From positions 397,495 to 461,494 of the forward strand of contig JBMFRB010000001.1 in the NCBI GenBank assembly GCA_049968255.1: DNA of 64,000 bases, in the 5' to 3' direction. The stretch comes from Candidatus Sumerlaeaceae bacterium (lineage in GTDB: Bacteria; Sumerlaeota; Sumerlaeia; Sumerlaeales; Sumerlaeaceae). Of this stretch, positions 19,437-30,299 are shown piece by piece. Below the pieces are notes generated by a model, which saw only the letters and a list, made by a program, of their open reading frames with translations, did not search any database and was not told the origin of the DNA. The position numbers were made by a program, and so were the translations under genes. How positions within the stretch are numbered: the first letter of the stretch is position 1; each line of letters starts with the position of its first letter.

Positions 19437-21179
19437 ATGGCCCTCATTTTAGCGATCGAATTTTCAGAACAGGAGTGCAAGGTGGCGGCGAGCGAAGTTG
19501 GCCGGGGGCGCCCCTTTGTGCGCCACCTTTTCCGCCTTACCCTGCCAAAGAACGACAACGTGGAGCAGCGGGTTGCCGAGCGGGCCAAATTGCTACGCGA
19601 CGCACTTGCCCAACGAAAAATCAAAGCTAAGCGCACTCACGTGGTGGTGCCAAAAAACTTTGTCATGGCGCGCATGGTTACTCTGCCGAGTACAAGCGAT
19701 GAAGAAATCGCCGGCATGGCACGCTTTGAGGCTGAGCGCCACATTCCTTTCAATGCAGAGCGCCACATTGTGAGTCACCACATTTTGAATAAGCTTGGAG
19801 TGGAAGGAAGCCAAGTCCTGCTGGCAGCCATAGATCGGCCAATTGCACAGGAACATATCACCATTTGTCGCAATGCGGGGTTGATCGTTGAATCAATCGG
19901 CGTGAGCAGTCTTGCGGTGTTCAATGCGTTCGCAGCAGTGGCGAGCGAGCCGCTTAATGAGAAAGTTGTCGCTCTGCTCAATGTCGGCTCCACATACACA
20001 GATCTTACCATCGTCCATCATGGCGTGCTGAGCTTCACTCGTGGCACGTCCGTGAGCATCCAGCGGCTCCTGGCGGACTACGCTACCGTGGGACGCGATG
20101 TTTCCGCGGAAAACTTACAAGAGATTGACGTGCTCAACACGAAGGAGCTGCGTCGCGACGGCACAGTGTGGAGTAGCCCTTCCTCTAGCGAGGCAGACCA
20201 GACGGTGACAGGAGCTTATGTCTTTGACACCACCGCGAGTGGGCAGTCGGCTCCCAATGAAGCAAGTGGTTCATCGCCAGTGGCGAAGTGGCTCGTGCAA
20301 CTCCTAAAGGAGATGCGGCGCACCTACGAGTTCGCCCGACGTGAATTCAATTGCCCACCCATTACCGAGATTCAGTTTACGGGCGAGGGTGCGCTTTTGC
20401 GTAACCTTGACCGATTCTTCCAAGTGAATTTTGGTGTCGATGCGAAGGTTTTTGGTCCGCACGAAGCGTTTGATTTCGCCCCGGACTTGGCTCAAGATGC
20501 GAAACGGCTGGGGGTGACCTACGCGACCGTGCTTGGCGCACTTGTGCCCATGACGCCCCGGAGCGTTGTCATCAACTTGTTGCCTCCCGAATACATCGCC
20601 GAGCGAGAAACAAAGCGGCGGCGCCAGTCCTATGTGACAACGGGGATCTTAGTGGGGGTCGCGCTTGTTCTTGCTTACGTTTACGTATGGGATCTTTTCG
20701 CGCAGCAAAGCACGCTTCTTGAGGTGTATCAGCAAAAGAACAAAGAAATGAAAACCCGCGTCGAAGATCTCGAGAGCAAGAAGAAGAAGCTCGAAATCAT
20801 TCGGCGCTACATCCAGGACAAGCATGGTGCGCTCGACATCATTGAGCGCATCAGCTCGTTCGAATTCATCCCGGATCGCGTAACGCTGACTCGTTTCGAA
20901 TATCGCAAGGACGAAGCCGTGAAACTCGAAGGTCACGCGAAAACCATTGCGGATATCAATCGGCTGGAAGCCGAACTCAAGAAGACTGGCATTTTTGAAA
21001 GTGTGGTGCAAGACCAGGGAAGCAACAAGCCCGTGCGCCTGCCAAACCGGACAGATCCTGTGCTGCAATTCCAGATGACGTGTACCTTCCCGAAGCGGCA
21101 GAGCTTGGCCGAAAAGCAAAAGAGCAGCTCCGCTCGGAGCGGCGCGAGCGAGGGAGAAACTGTGGATGGCACTGAGTAA
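19437..21179 (+). CDS. PilM-PilN fusion (GspL-like alignment protein)
   Basis: Actin-like PilM region (EAERHIPF, LLNVGS, FTGEGA) then INLLP, one TM helix, coiled coil and PilN-like LEG.A domain. Confidence 0.75.
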   Translation: MALILAIEFSEQECKVAASEVGRGRPFVRHLFRLTLPKNDNVEQRVAERAKLLRDALAQRKIKAKRTHVVVPKNFVMARMVTLPSTSDEEIAGMARFEAERHIPFNAERHIVSHHILNKLGVEGSQVLLAAIDRPIAQEHITICRNAGLIVESIGVSSLAVFNAFAAVASEPLNEKVVALLNVGSTYTDLTIVHHGVLSFTRGTSVSIQRLLADYATVGRDVSAENLQEIDVLNTKELRRDGTVWSSPSSSEADQTVTGAYVFDTTASGQSAPNEASGSSPVAKWLVQLLKEMRRTYEFARREFNCPPITEIQFTGEGALLRNLDRFFQVNFGVDAKVFGPHEAFDFAPDLAQDAKRLGVTYATVLGALVPMTPRSVVINLLPPEYIAERETKRRRQSYVTTGILVGVALVLAYVYVWDLFAQQSTLLEVYQQKNKEMKTRVEDLESKKKKLEIIRRYIQDKHGALDIIERISSFEFIPDRVTLTRFEYRKDEAVKLEGHAKTIADINRLEAELKKTGIFESVVQDQGSNKPVRLPNRTDPVLQFQMTCTFPKRQSLAEKQKSSSARSGASEGETVDGTE

Positions 21180-21765
21180 GCGTGAACAAAAGATCCTTTA
21201 CATCACGGTGGCGTTAGCTTCGGGGGCTGTGCTTTACCTCCTGGGCCTGGAGCCACTCTACAAGGCTTACATGGATCGACAAGAGGAGTTGGACAAGGAA
21301 TTGGGTGCTTTCCAAAAGAACGTGCAGCTTTTGCAGCAGGCCAAGAGCATTGAGGAGGGCTATCGCCGCATCGAAGCGCAATTCCCCAAGGAAGAGCCGG
21401 GCAAAGATCCTGAGCACTCCTTCTCTGAGGATGTGGATGCCGCTGCCGAGGCAATCTTGCCAGGAGAGCGCCGTGTCATCGAGCCGGTGCAGCACGAGGA
21501 AATCAAGGGTGTGACCGAATATGAATTTCTCACGTTGGCGATGAACATCACCGGTGAGCTACCGAAGATCGCCCAACTCCTCAAGGGATTCGATCAGAAA
21601 GGCTTTCTGATTAAGTCCATTGTTCTGACCCACAGCAAAGGCGTGGACTCGCCCGAATTGCAGTGCCAATTGACCTTAGCGCGCATCGTGAAGGTGGAGG
21701 AGCAACCTGAGAAGCTCGGGCCACGCCGACCCGGCGCGCGTCGCCTGGGAGGTCGCCGTCTATGA
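21166..21765 (+). CDS. PilO/GspM-like protein
   Basis: LSKRE N-terminus, TM, coiled coil, ITG..PKIAQLL ferredoxin-like domain; operon position. Confidence 0.65.
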   Translation: MALSKREQKILYITVALASGAVLYLLGLEPLYKAYMDRQEELDKELGAFQKNVQLLQQAKSIEEGYRRIEAQFPKEEPGKDPEHSFSEDVDAAAEAILPGERRVIEPVQHEEIKGVTEYEFLTLAMNITGELPKIAQLLKGFDQKGFLIKSIVLTHSKGVDSPELQCQLTLARIVKVEEQPEKLGPRRPGARRLGGRRL

Positions 21766-22316
21766 ATCGACAAGAAATTCTTCTCAACCTGTTTCTGTTG
21801 ACCGTCATCGTCGCGCTCGCGGTCCTCATTTTGGAAAATCATGACGAGGAGGTGACCGTGGATATTCCGCCCGCAGCGAAGCTCAGCAGCCCACCGCCGC
21901 AGGAAACCACCTACGATCCTCAAGTTGCGCAGCAGAAATACCCGCATTTTGGGGAGAAGCCTATTTTCCAGGCGCTGCTGACACCTACGCCGACGCCTCC
22001 GCCGCCGACGCCGACACCGACACGCACACCGGACATCAATGCGATTTTTGCCTCCTGGAAACTCATGAGCGTGGATGTGGGCGAAGCTACGTTTGAGGAC
22101 CGCTCAAAAACGCAATCCGATCCGGAGCATGCTGTGTTCACGTTGCGCATTGGCCAGAGCATGCCCGTGGAGGTAGAACGCGGAGTCTTCAAGAATGCCA
22201 TTCTCAAGCGAGTGGACGCCCAGTCGGACAACCCTTCTGTGACAGTAGGAATCGAAGGCATTCCGGACCAGAAAATTATGCGCATGTTTGAAGAAGCGCC
22301 TGCGGGGCCGCAGTGA
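21762..22316 (+). CDS. PilP/GspC-like bitopic protein with Pro/Thr linker
   Basis: N-terminal TM, PIF motif, TPTPTPPPPTPTP linker, beta-rich C-terminal domain; lies before the secretin. Confidence 0.5.
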   Translation: MNRQEILLNLFLLTVIVALAVLILENHDEEVTVDIPPAAKLSSPPPQETTYDPQVAQQKYPHFGEKPIFQALLTPTPTPPPPTPTPTRTPDINAIFASWKLMSVDVGEATFEDRSKTQSDPEHAVFTLRIGQSMPVEVERGVFKNAILKRVDAQSDNPSVTVGIEGIPDQKIMRMFEEAPAGPQ

Positions 22317-22317
22317 C

Positions 22318-25170
22318 ATGGCAAACATAAGGTCTGCAATGAATCGGACAAACCCGAAAATGTCTAGACATTGGAGCTGTCTCTTGCGAAGCAAACGGAC
22401 GTTTGAGAATGCCAACATGGGAAGCGTCGTGAAAAACATTTTCCGAGCGGTTACTTTGGCCGCAATGGTGGCGGTCGGCGTTGCATGGGTGGGCGCAGCT
22501 CCCGAGGACGAAAATACTGGAGATCAGCCTGATCCTGGTACCGCAGTCGCTGCGCCAAATGCAGCGGGGCAGGTCCCAACGCCCGGGCCCGTCTCAAGCG
22601 GTGCTGTGAGTACGAATTTTCAGCCGGCACAAGTGGTGGAAGCGCAGCAACCACAGCCGGTCGGTGTTGCCGAGACAGGGGGGGCACCGACTAACTCTTC
22701 TGTTTCGTCCAACGTCTCGTCGCCCACGGACACAGACGCCGCTCCGCTGCCCGTGGAACCTTCGGTCTCTTCCCCCTCCGCTCCGGGGGGGGGCGAAAAT
22801 AAAATTTCGCTCGTATTCAACGAGGCGCCAATTGAACGCGTTGTGGCCGAACTTTCGCGTAAGAGCGGGAAGAATGTTGTGGCACGGGGCAAGACCGCAG
22901 GTCAGAAAATTACAATCATCGCCCGCGACATGCCCCTTGAACGTGTGCTGGACATCATTGTGAACCAGAAGCCCAACTGGTTGTGGTATCCCGCGGAAGG
23001 GCGACCAGACACATTCGAGATCTGGGATCAGGAATCGTTCCGAGCAGAGGTGCTGCCAAAACAAGTTCGCCAAAAGGTCTTTGTGCCGCGTGAAATCACC
23101 GCGGAAGAAGCCTACAAGGCGATTCAAGGAGTTCTTACGCCGAACATTGGAACGGCGAGTTTTGACCCGAGATCCAACAAGCTGATTGTCACCGACTTGC
23201 CGTACGTTCTCGAACTCGTCCAGCGGCTCATCGAGCAGATAGACGTCAAGTTCGTCACGCGCGTTTTTTACATCGCGCACGCGGACGTGAATTCCATAGC
23301 AGAAAAACTCGCGAATATGAAGAGTCCGGCCGCCCCTCAACCAGAGGTAGATGAGCGGACTCACCAAATTATTGTCCGCGACCGGTTGGACATCATTCGA
23401 CAGATGGAACTCTTGGTGGAGACGCTCGACATTGGGCCAGAGATGCGCGTCTACGATCTGAATAATATTGGGTTTGAGGGCCAGGATCGGCAGGATCTAG
23501 AGGATGCTATTTCGGAAGTGCTCACGCCAAACGCCTACTATAAAATTAACATTCAGTCAGGAAAGCTCATCGTTGAGGATGTCCCGGAAGTCCACGAGAA
23601 AATCGAGAAAATCTTGCAGGCGTTTGACCAGCCGGCAAAACAGGTGCTGATTCAGGCAGAAATCATCGAGACCGCTTTTCGAGAGGGACTGAGCTACGGC
23701 ACAGACTGGACTGTGAGTGGCGACCTCTTTTCGAGCGTTATTGACGGACTGACGGGACGCAGCACGTCGTCCTCGTCGTCGGGCGGTTCTGGAAGTGGAT
23801 CGGGCTCCAGCTCTGGAAGTGGGTCAAGCACGACCACAGGAAACGTTCAGGGTGGCAGTGTGCCGGTGGGAAGCGGGACCCTCGATAAAAACACGCTCGG
23901 CTTCCTCGATTTTCGCAAAGAGTTTCCGATTGTGAGTGGCGGCAGCGGAGGCATCACGGCCCAATATCTTTCTCGGCATGCCTACATTGCCTTGAAAGCG
24001 GCACTGAGTGATTCGCGCACCCGAATTCTTCAACAGCCACGAGCTATCGTGAAGAATCAGAAAGAGGTCGCCTTCAGCGTGGGTGAAAAAGTGCCTTTCT
24101 TCACTGGCGGCGTGTACACGCAAAATGTGCGCAGCGACACAACGGGCTTCACCGCCACAGAGCTTCCGCAACAAAATCTGATCAATGTGGGATTGGACCT
24201 AAATATTCGGCCAACGATTTACAACAACGGATTAGTCGAGATGGAGGTTGAGATCAGCAACGACTCCGCGGTGGTGACCCAACGCATTTTCAATGACCGC
24301 AAGTTCGATGCCGTGGGAACCAAAAACCAGGAAATCCAATCGACCCTCATGATCCCAAGCGGTGAAACGCGGGTGATTGGTGGACTGGTGCGCCAGGACA
24401 GAAACGAGAGTCGGAGCGGAATTCCTGGCCTAGTGAAGTTGCCACTCGTTGGACCTCTGCTGTTTGGCAAGTATGACCGCCCAGCGGAGCAAAACGGGCG
24501 CCAAATGCTCTTGATCTTTCTAACGCCTACGATTATTGCCGACAAGCCAACTGAAACGCTCAAATACAAGGGACGCATCGTGACCTCGGACGAACAAGTT
24601 GCCGTTTCCGAAGAACCCAACGTGACACCAACGGAGAGCGACACGTGGCTGGCGCCACTCGAACCCCACGGCGTGCCGCCGAAAACTAAGCTAGGCAAGT
24701 TCGCCGAAAAAGACGAGCGCCAACTCCAGACAACCCCTGCGAGCGAGACAGAACAAGTTGCGCTTGAGCCCCCGCCGGCTGAATCAGCTCAGCGTGAGGA
24801 AGCGCAGCCGACGCACCTCTCGCAAGCAAACATGCAGGATGTGAAGCGCATTGCGATCAGTGAAAGCTCGACCACAGGGGCGCAAGCGCTCATGGCACGA
24901 ATCACAGGCCCAAGCGGTGCGCTGACGGGCCCAGCGGGCGGCCAAGTGCCCGCAGCGGCTGCGGCCGCCAAGCCGGCAACGGACAGCAGAAGCATCTCTC
25001 CTGCTCCCACGCCAGCGGTTAGCGGTCAGCAAACAAGACCAGGCATGCGCACTAGCCAAGTTGGCTGGACCCCGCGACCGCCAGGCGGCACAAGGGGGGG
25101 ACTTGCGACTCCCCCACCGTGGCGTCAGAGAGAAACGCAGATTCCCCCACGTGGCGAGACGCGCTACTAG
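22318..25170 (+). CDS. gspD: Secretin (GspD/PilQ family) with long disordered extensions
   Basis: N-domain repeats DPRSNKLIV and DERTHQIIV; QVLIQAEIIE, VGEKVPF, VGLDLNIRP, VIGGL, IPGLVKLPLVGPLLF, LLIFLTPTII; start uncertain (22318-22417). Confidence 0.9.
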   Translation: MANIRSAMNRTNPKMSRHWSCLLRSKRTFENANMGSVVKNIFRAVTLAAMVAVGVAWVGAAPEDENTGDQPDPGTAVAAPNAAGQVPTPGPVSSGAVSTNFQPAQVVEAQQPQPVGVAETGGAPTNSSVSSNVSSPTDTDAAPLPVEPSVSSPSAPGGGENKISLVFNEAPIERVVAELSRKSGKNVVARGKTAGQKITIIARDMPLERVLDIIVNQKPNWLWYPAEGRPDTFEIWDQESFRAEVLPKQVRQKVFVPREITAEEAYKAIQGVLTPNIGTASFDPRSNKLIVTDLPYVLELVQRLIEQIDVKFVTRVFYIAHADVNSIAEKLANMKSPAAPQPEVDERTHQIIVRDRLDIIRQMELLVETLDIGPEMRVYDLNNIGFEGQDRQDLEDAISEVLTPNAYYKINIQSGKLIVEDVPEVHEKIEKILQAFDQPAKQVLIQAEIIETAFREGLSYGTDWTVSGDLFSSVIDGLTGRSTSSSSSGGSGSGSGSSSGSGSSTTTGNVQGGSVPVGSGTLDKNTLGFLDFRKEFPIVSGGSGGITAQYLSRHAYIALKAALSDSRTRILQQPRAIVKNQKEVAFSVGEKVPFFTGGVYTQNVRSDTTGFTATELPQQNLINVGLDLNIRPTIYNNGLVEMEVEISNDSAVVTQRIFNDRKFDAVGTKNQEIQSTLMIPSGETRVIGGLVRQDRNESRSGIPGLVKLPLVGPLLFGKYDRPAEQNGRQMLLIFLTPTIIADKPTETLKYKGRIVTSDEQVAVSEEPNVTPTESDTWLAPLEPHGVPPKTKLGKFAEKDERQLQTTPASETEQVALEPPPAESAQREEAQPTHLSQANMQDVKRIAISESSTTGAQALMARITGPSGALTGPAGGQVPAAAAAAKPATDSRSISPAPTPAVSGQQTRPGMRTSQVGWTPRPPGGTRGGLATPPPWRQRETQIPPRGETRY
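22785..22793 (+). repeat. G9 homopolymer within the 5' part of the secretin gene
   Basis: ccGGGGGGGGGc encoding PGGG. Confidence 0.8.
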
Positions 25171-25246
25171 CACACGCGCGGTGGTGTTGACTCTTGCTCC
25201 ACAGGTGCGGTAGGTACCCAGGAACGAAGGCAGGAAAAAAGGAGCG

Positions 25247-25966
25247 ATGGACGTGATCAAACGCATATCCCTTATGTTGGCTGTGGCGTCGTTTCTCGCA
25301 GGGGCGTCTATTGCTGGAGCGTGGTCTATCTTTGGCTCGAAAAAATCCGTCACTGAACCGCCGCCACAGGAAAAGATCAGAATCGCCGTCCTTGATTTCA
25401 GCGTGGCGCCACGCATTGTCGAGCGGCGCGATGAACATCGGCGCCTCGTGAGAACGGAGAAGCCTGTCGAGACCGAAAAAGACGTGCGAGGATGGTGGTT
25501 TGGCTCGAACGATGTCTATTACAACGCTAACATCGGGCGAATCGCTGCAGACATTTTTGATGAAGAGCTTCGTAAGCTACCCGAACTGGCTGTCTATTCT
25601 CGGCAGGATCTGCGCCTTTTTTACACCGAGAAACGAGCAAAAATCGAGAAGAAGCTAAAACTGGACGAGAAGTCAGCGGCTGCAAGCCTGGACAAGCTCG
25701 ATCCTATAGCGGTGGGACGTGAGCTTGGCGTGGACAAGGTGCTCTTGGGCCGTATCTGCGATGCAGAGCTCAGAAAAAACAGGACCTTTGGTCCCTTCGC
25801 CAGCGTAACATCTTTCAACGTGACGGTTTACGACGTGAAGAGCGGACGCGTGGATTTTTCTGAGTCTTATGCAGGGCATGATAATTTTAAATCCGTATAC
25901 GGCAACATCGAGGGCCGTGCGAAAAAGTTTGCACGCAAGTATCAGAAATCGCTGCACGCGAAGTAA
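25247..25966 (+). CDS. Exported protein with CsgG/HfaB/FlgO-like fold
   Basis: Signal peptide, [33 protein letters not shown]; RBS AAGGAG. Confidence 0.55.
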   Translation: MDVIKRISLMLAVASFLAGASIAGAWSIFGSKKSVTEPPPQEKIRIAVLDFSVAPRIVERRDEHRRLVRTEKPVETEKDVRGWWFGSNDVYYNANIGRIAADIFDEELRKLPELAVYSRQDLRLFYTEKRAKIEKKLKLDEKSAAASLDKLDPIAVGRELGVDKVLLGRICDAELRKNRTFGPFASVTSFNVTVYDVKSGRVDFSESYAGHDNFKSVYGNIEGRAKKFARKYQKSLHAK

Positions 25967-26046
25967 AGTGGTGCTTCAGGCCGGTTTTTGACCACGCCCT
26001 TGGCACACACCATTCTTTCGCCTCCATCGCATTGAGAAGGGGAACT

Positions 26047-27459
26047 ATGGACGAACTCACTCCACGCCAGATTGTTGCCGAACTCGATCGCTATATCATC
26101 GGCCAAGCGCAGGCCAAGCGCATGGTGGCCATTGCGCTTCGCAATCGCGCTCGCCGGCGAAAGCTTCCGCCGGAACTCCGAGATGAAATCAGCCCGAAGA
26201 ATATCATCATGGTGGGTCCTACCGGAGTCGGCAAGACCGAGATCGCAAGGCGCTTGGCCAAACTCGCCAATGCCCCCATGATCAAGGTCGAGGCGACGAA
26301 ATACACCGAGGTCGGCTACGTGGGGCGCGACGTTGAGAGCATGGTGCGTGATCTTGTCGAGAATGCCATTAGTCTTGTTCGTGCCGAGAAGAGCGCGGAA
26401 GTCCTCGAACGAGCAGAGCACATGGCCGAAGAACGCATCCTGGATATCCTGCTGCCGCCGCCACCCGGTGTCTTGCGCCAAACGCGCATTGTTGACGGTA
26501 AACCCGAGCCGTACTACGATATTCCTGCGCCCGTGGAAGGGGCCGAGCTGACTCGCGAACAGCAGTGGCTGAAAAACCGCGAGAAAATGCGGGAACGCTT
26601 ACGGGCTGGCAAGCTCCACGACCGAGAAATTGAGATCGAGGTCAAGCAGAGCCCAGAGGTCCAAGTGCTGGGACCGATGGGAGGAATGTCGGGTAGTTTC
26701 GACGATCTCGGAAGCGAGTTTCGCAATATGTTCGAGAAGCTATTTCCGCCGCGGGAGAAGCGCACTCAGGTGCGGGTGGCGGAAGCGCTGGAGATTCTCA
26801 CACAGGAAGCACTCAACTCGCTCATCGACATGGACAAAATCACGCGGGAAGCGCTCGAGCGCGCTCAGGAAAGCGGGATTATTTTTATCGACGAGATCGA
26901 CAAGATTGCGGGACGCTCCTCGACGCACGGCCCAGATGTTTCGCGGGAGGGCGTGCAGCGCGATATCCTTCCCATCGTGGAAGGATGCGTCGTGAACACG
27001 AAGTACGGCCCCGTCCGGACGGATCATATTTTGTTCATTGCAGCGGGAGCGTTTCATATCAGCAAACCAAGCGATCTTATTCCCGAGTTGCAGGGCCGCT
27101 TTCCGTTGCGTTGCGAATTGAGCCCGCTCGGAGTCGAAGAATTCAAGCGCATCCTGCGCGAGCCACAAAATGCGCTCACGCGCCAGTACACCGCACTTCT
27201 GGCAACTGAGGGCGTCGAGCTGGAATTCACTGAGGACGGCATCGATGAAATCGCGCAAGCCGCTGCATTCGTCAACGAGCAGGCGGAAAACATCGGTGCG
27301 CGACGCCTCCACACCGTTATGGAGAAGGTCTTGGAGGACATTCTTTTCGAGGCCGGGGAACCGAATGCACCGAAGCGCGTGGTTATTGATCGCGAGTACG
27401 TGAAGGCACGTCTTCAGGAAATCCTTAGGAATCAGGACCTGAGCAAATTCATCCTCTAG
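26047..27459 (+). CDS. hslU: ATP-dependent protease ATPase subunit HslU
   Basis: [24 protein letters not shown] pore loop, [36 protein letters not shown]. Confidence 0.97.
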   Translation: MDELTPRQIVAELDRYIIGQAQAKRMVAIALRNRARRRKLPPELRDEISPKNIIMVGPTGVGKTEIARRLAKLANAPMIKVEATKYTEVGYVGRDVESMVRDLVENAISLVRAEKSAEVLERAEHMAEERILDILLPPPPGVLRQTRIVDGKPEPYYDIPAPVEGAELTREQQWLKNREKMRERLRAGKLHDREIEIEVKQSPEVQVLGPMGGMSGSFDDLGSEFRNMFEKLFPPREKRTQVRVAEALEILTQEALNSLIDMDKITREALERAQESGIIFIDEIDKIAGRSSTHGPDVSREGVQRDILPIVEGCVVNTKYGPVRTDHILFIAAGAFHISKPSDLIPELQGRFPLRCELSPLGVEEFKRILREPQNALTRQYTALLATEGVELEFTEDGIDEIAQAAAFVNEQAENIGARRLHTVMEKVLEDILFEAGEPNAPKRVVIDREYVKARLQEILRNQDLSKFIL

Positions 27460-27514
27460 CGTCTAAGCGCGTCGCCCGCCGCGGTGTGTGCGGCGCGAAC
27501 CTGAGGACAAATGA

Positions 27515-27561
27515 AACGGCCCCGCTGAGTCCGACGTGAACTCAGTGGGACCGTTCTCTTT
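27515..27561. terminator. Probable bidirectional terminator between hslU and gyrA
   Basis: Stem AACGGCCCCGCTGAGT / ACTCAGTGGGACCGTT followed by CTCTTT. Confidence 0.6.
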
Positions 27562-27583
27562 AGCTCGTCAAAACTGGTGGCCG

Positions 27584-30118
27584 TCACTCTTCAGGCATCT
27601 GTTCGGCTATGTCCTGCTCTTCGCCGTTTTCGTCTGCCTCGTCGGATTCGGCCAAGCGTGCGACGCCGGTAACGACATCACCTTCCGCAATGTCGATGAT
27701 GCGCACACCCTGCGTGTTTCTGGCGATGACGCGGATATCGGAGACCTTGAGGCGAATGGCGCGGCCCTCGCGTGTCATCACGATGAGCTCATCGCTGTCG
27801 AGTACTTCCTTGACCGCGACCACGAGTCCGTTGCGCTCCGTAGTTCGGATATTTATGACTCCCTTGCAGCCGCGATTGGTCATGCGATAATCGGCGATGG
27901 CGCTACGCTTACCGTAGCCGCACTCGCACACCGTGAGCAAGGTTGCACCAGGCCTCGGTGTTTCGAGGCCAATGACTTCATCGCCCTTCGTGAGCTGGAT
28001 GCCGCGCACGCCAGCCGTGTGGCGCCCCATCGGACGGACTACGGACTCGTGGAAGCGAATGGCCATTCCACGCCGTGTGGCAAGAATGACCTCTTGCTGG
28101 CCATGAGTGAGCTTCACATCTACCAGTGTATCGTCTTCCGCGATGCTGATGGCATTAATGCCGCTGCGCCGAATATTGCTGTAGAGGTTTAGCGGCTGTT
28201 TGCAGACTTGTCCCCTGGCGGTGGCGAAGAGCAGGAAGTGCTGATCATCGAATTTGCGCACGGGCAAAACCGCACAAATTTTCTCGTCGGGTTGCAACTC
28301 GAGCATGTTGACGATCGCACGGCCACGTGACAGGCGTCCCTGCTCGGGGATATCATACACTTTAAGCCAATAGGCGCGCCCTTTGTCGGTGAAAAACATA
28401 AGATAGTTGTGAGTGGTGCCGATAAAAAGATGCTCCACCCAATCTTGCTCGCGTGTCTCTGCGCCCACGACACCTTTGCCGCCTCGGCGCTGGCGTCGAT
28501 ATTGCGAAGTCGCGGTGCGCTTGATGTATCCGGAGTGAGTGATGGTGATCACCATATTCTCGTCGGGAATTAGGCTCTCGATCGAGATGTCGGTGACCTC
28601 GTCGGTGATCTGTGTGCGTCGCTCGTCGGCAAACTTCTTTTTCACGTCGAGCAATTCCTGACGCACGATCGCCCACACTTCGCTCACGTCGCCGAGAATT
28701 CGGCGATATTTCACAATGGCGTCCACAAGTTGATCGCGCTCTTCGAGAAGCTTAGATTTTTCGAGCTGAGTAAGGCGCGAGAGACGCATATCGAGAATCG
28801 CCTGGGCTTGTTCAGCGCTCAAGTGCTTGGGTTCCGAAGCTTCCGGATCGAGAACCTTTACCATCTCGAGCGGAATCCATAGCGTGGACATCAGCTTCTG
28901 CTTTGCATCGTCGGGCGTCGCTGCCTCGCGAATGGTCTTCACAACGTAGTCAATGTTGTCCTGCACCACGCACAGCCCCTGCACGATGTGAAGCCGCTTT
29001 TGCGCACGATCGAGCTCGAAACGCGTGCGGCGGGTCACAACATCGCGCCGATGGTTAAGATAAAGTTGAATCATCCGTGGGAGACTCAAATAGCGCGGGC
29101 GATTGTCCACCAGCGCCAGCAGGATGACGTTGAACGTTTCCTGAAGCTGGGTGTGCTTGTAGAGATTGTTCAGCACGATTTGGGGCACAGCGTCGCGCTT
29201 GAGCTCGATGACAATTCGCATGCCCGTGCGGTCGCTCTCATCGCGCAGATCAGAGATATCGGTGAGTTTCTTTTCTTGAACGAGGTACGCGATTTTTTCG
29301 ATAAGTTTTGCTTTGTTGACTTGATAAGGAATTTCCGTGACAATGATCGCTTGGCGTCCGCTCTTGAGCTGCTCGATATTGCAGCGCGCCCGCATCACAA
29401 TGTTGCCGCGGCCTGTCGAGTATGCATCGACGATTCCTTTACGGCCGCAAATAAAACCTCCGGTCGGGAAATCGGGCCCGGGCAAATAATTCATCAATTC
29501 AGCGACGGTGGCATTGGGTTTGTCTATGAGAGCGACGCAAGCATCAATGACCTCACCGAGGTTATGGGGCGGGATGCGCGTGGACATGCCAACCGCGATC
29601 CCGTCGCTTCCATTGCACAGGAGATGAGGAAACGCACTCGGCAATACTGTTGGCTCCAGCGCCGAAGCGTCGTAGTTGGGCGCCCAATCGACGGTGTTTT
29701 TGTCGATATCCTGCAGAAGCAGCTCTGCGAACTTCGATAGCCGGGCTTCGGTGTAACGCATGGCTGCCGGCGGATCGCCGTCCACGGATCCAAAGTTGCC
29801 CTGGCCATCAATGAGGGGGTAGCGCATGGAAAAGTCCTGGGCCATACGCACCAACGTGTCGTAGATGGCTTGGTCGCCATGGGGGTGATAATTACCCATG
29901 ACGTGTCCCACGCTTTTGGCCGATTTCTCGAACTTGTGAGTTGAGGTGAAGCCGAGCTCGTGCATCGCATAAATCACCCGTCGGTGCACAGGCTTCAGTC
30001 CGTCACGTACATCTGGCAGAGCTCGCCCTACGATCACGCTCATGGCGTAATCGAGGTAAGAAACCTTCATTTCCTCTTCGATGTCGTGAACAAGGATTTG
30101 CTCTCGGTTTTCTTGCAT
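27584..30118 (-). CDS. gyrA: DNA gyrase subunit A
   Basis: [23 protein letters not shown], GyrA-box QRRGGKG, C-terminal pinwheel repeats. Confidence 0.97.
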   Translation of the reverse strand: MQENREQILVHDIEEEMKVSYLDYAMSVIVGRALPDVRDGLKPVHRRVIYAMHELGFTSTHKFEKSAKSVGHVMGNYHPHGDQAIYDTLVRMAQDFSMRYPLIDGQGNFGSVDGDPPAAMRYTEARLSKFAELLLQDIDKNTVDWAPNYDASALEPTVLPSAFPHLLCNGSDGIAVGMSTRIPPHNLGEVIDACVALIDKPNATVAELMNYLPGPDFPTGGFICGRKGIVDAYSTGRGNIVMRARCNIEQLKSGRQAIIVTEIPYQVNKAKLIEKIAYLVQEKKLTDISDLRDESDRTGMRIVIELKRDAVPQIVLNNLYKHTQLQETFNVILLALVDNRPRYLSLPRMIQLYLNHRRDVVTRRTRFELDRAQKRLHIVQGLCVVQDNIDYVVKTIREAATPDDAKQKLMSTLWIPLEMVKVLDPEASEPKHLSAEQAQAILDMRLSRLTQLEKSKLLEERDQLVDAIVKYRRILGDVSEVWAIVRQELLDVKKKFADERRTQITDEVTDISIESLIPDENMVITITHSGYIKRTATSQYRRQRRGGKGVVGAETREQDWVEHLFIGTTHNYLMFFTDKGRAYWLKVYDIPEQGRLSRGRAIVNMLELQPDEKICAVLPVRKFDDQHFLLFATARGQVCKQPLNLYSNIRRSGINAISIAEDDTLVDVKLTHGQQEVILATRRGMAIRFHESVVRPMGRHTAGVRGIQLTKGDEVIGLETPRPGATLLTVCECGYGKRSAIADYRMTNRGCKGVINIRTTERNGLVVAVKEVLDSDELIVMTREGRAIRLKVSDIRVIARNTQGVRIIDIAEGDVVTGVARLAESDEADENGEEQDIAEQMPEE

Positions 30119-30299
30119 CTATCCCGAATTCTCCAAATGGTGAGAAGTGACAGTTCGATCGTGGTCCGGCGCAACTGCAGCACAACTCTTTTTTTAGGCT
30201 GCTCGTGCGCTCACCGTGTTTGTTACCATTTTGGAACATGTTCGATGCGAACATTTTTGTTGGCAACGGGGAATCTCAGGCGTCAATGAGCCAACCAAG

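Noticed and set aside
21975-22030. Short CCGACG-like tandem repeats
   Set aside because: Explained by the Pro/Thr linker coding sequence
26001-26017. TGGCAC upstream of hslU as a sigma54 promoter
   Set aside because: The -12 position reads ATTC, lacking the conserved G
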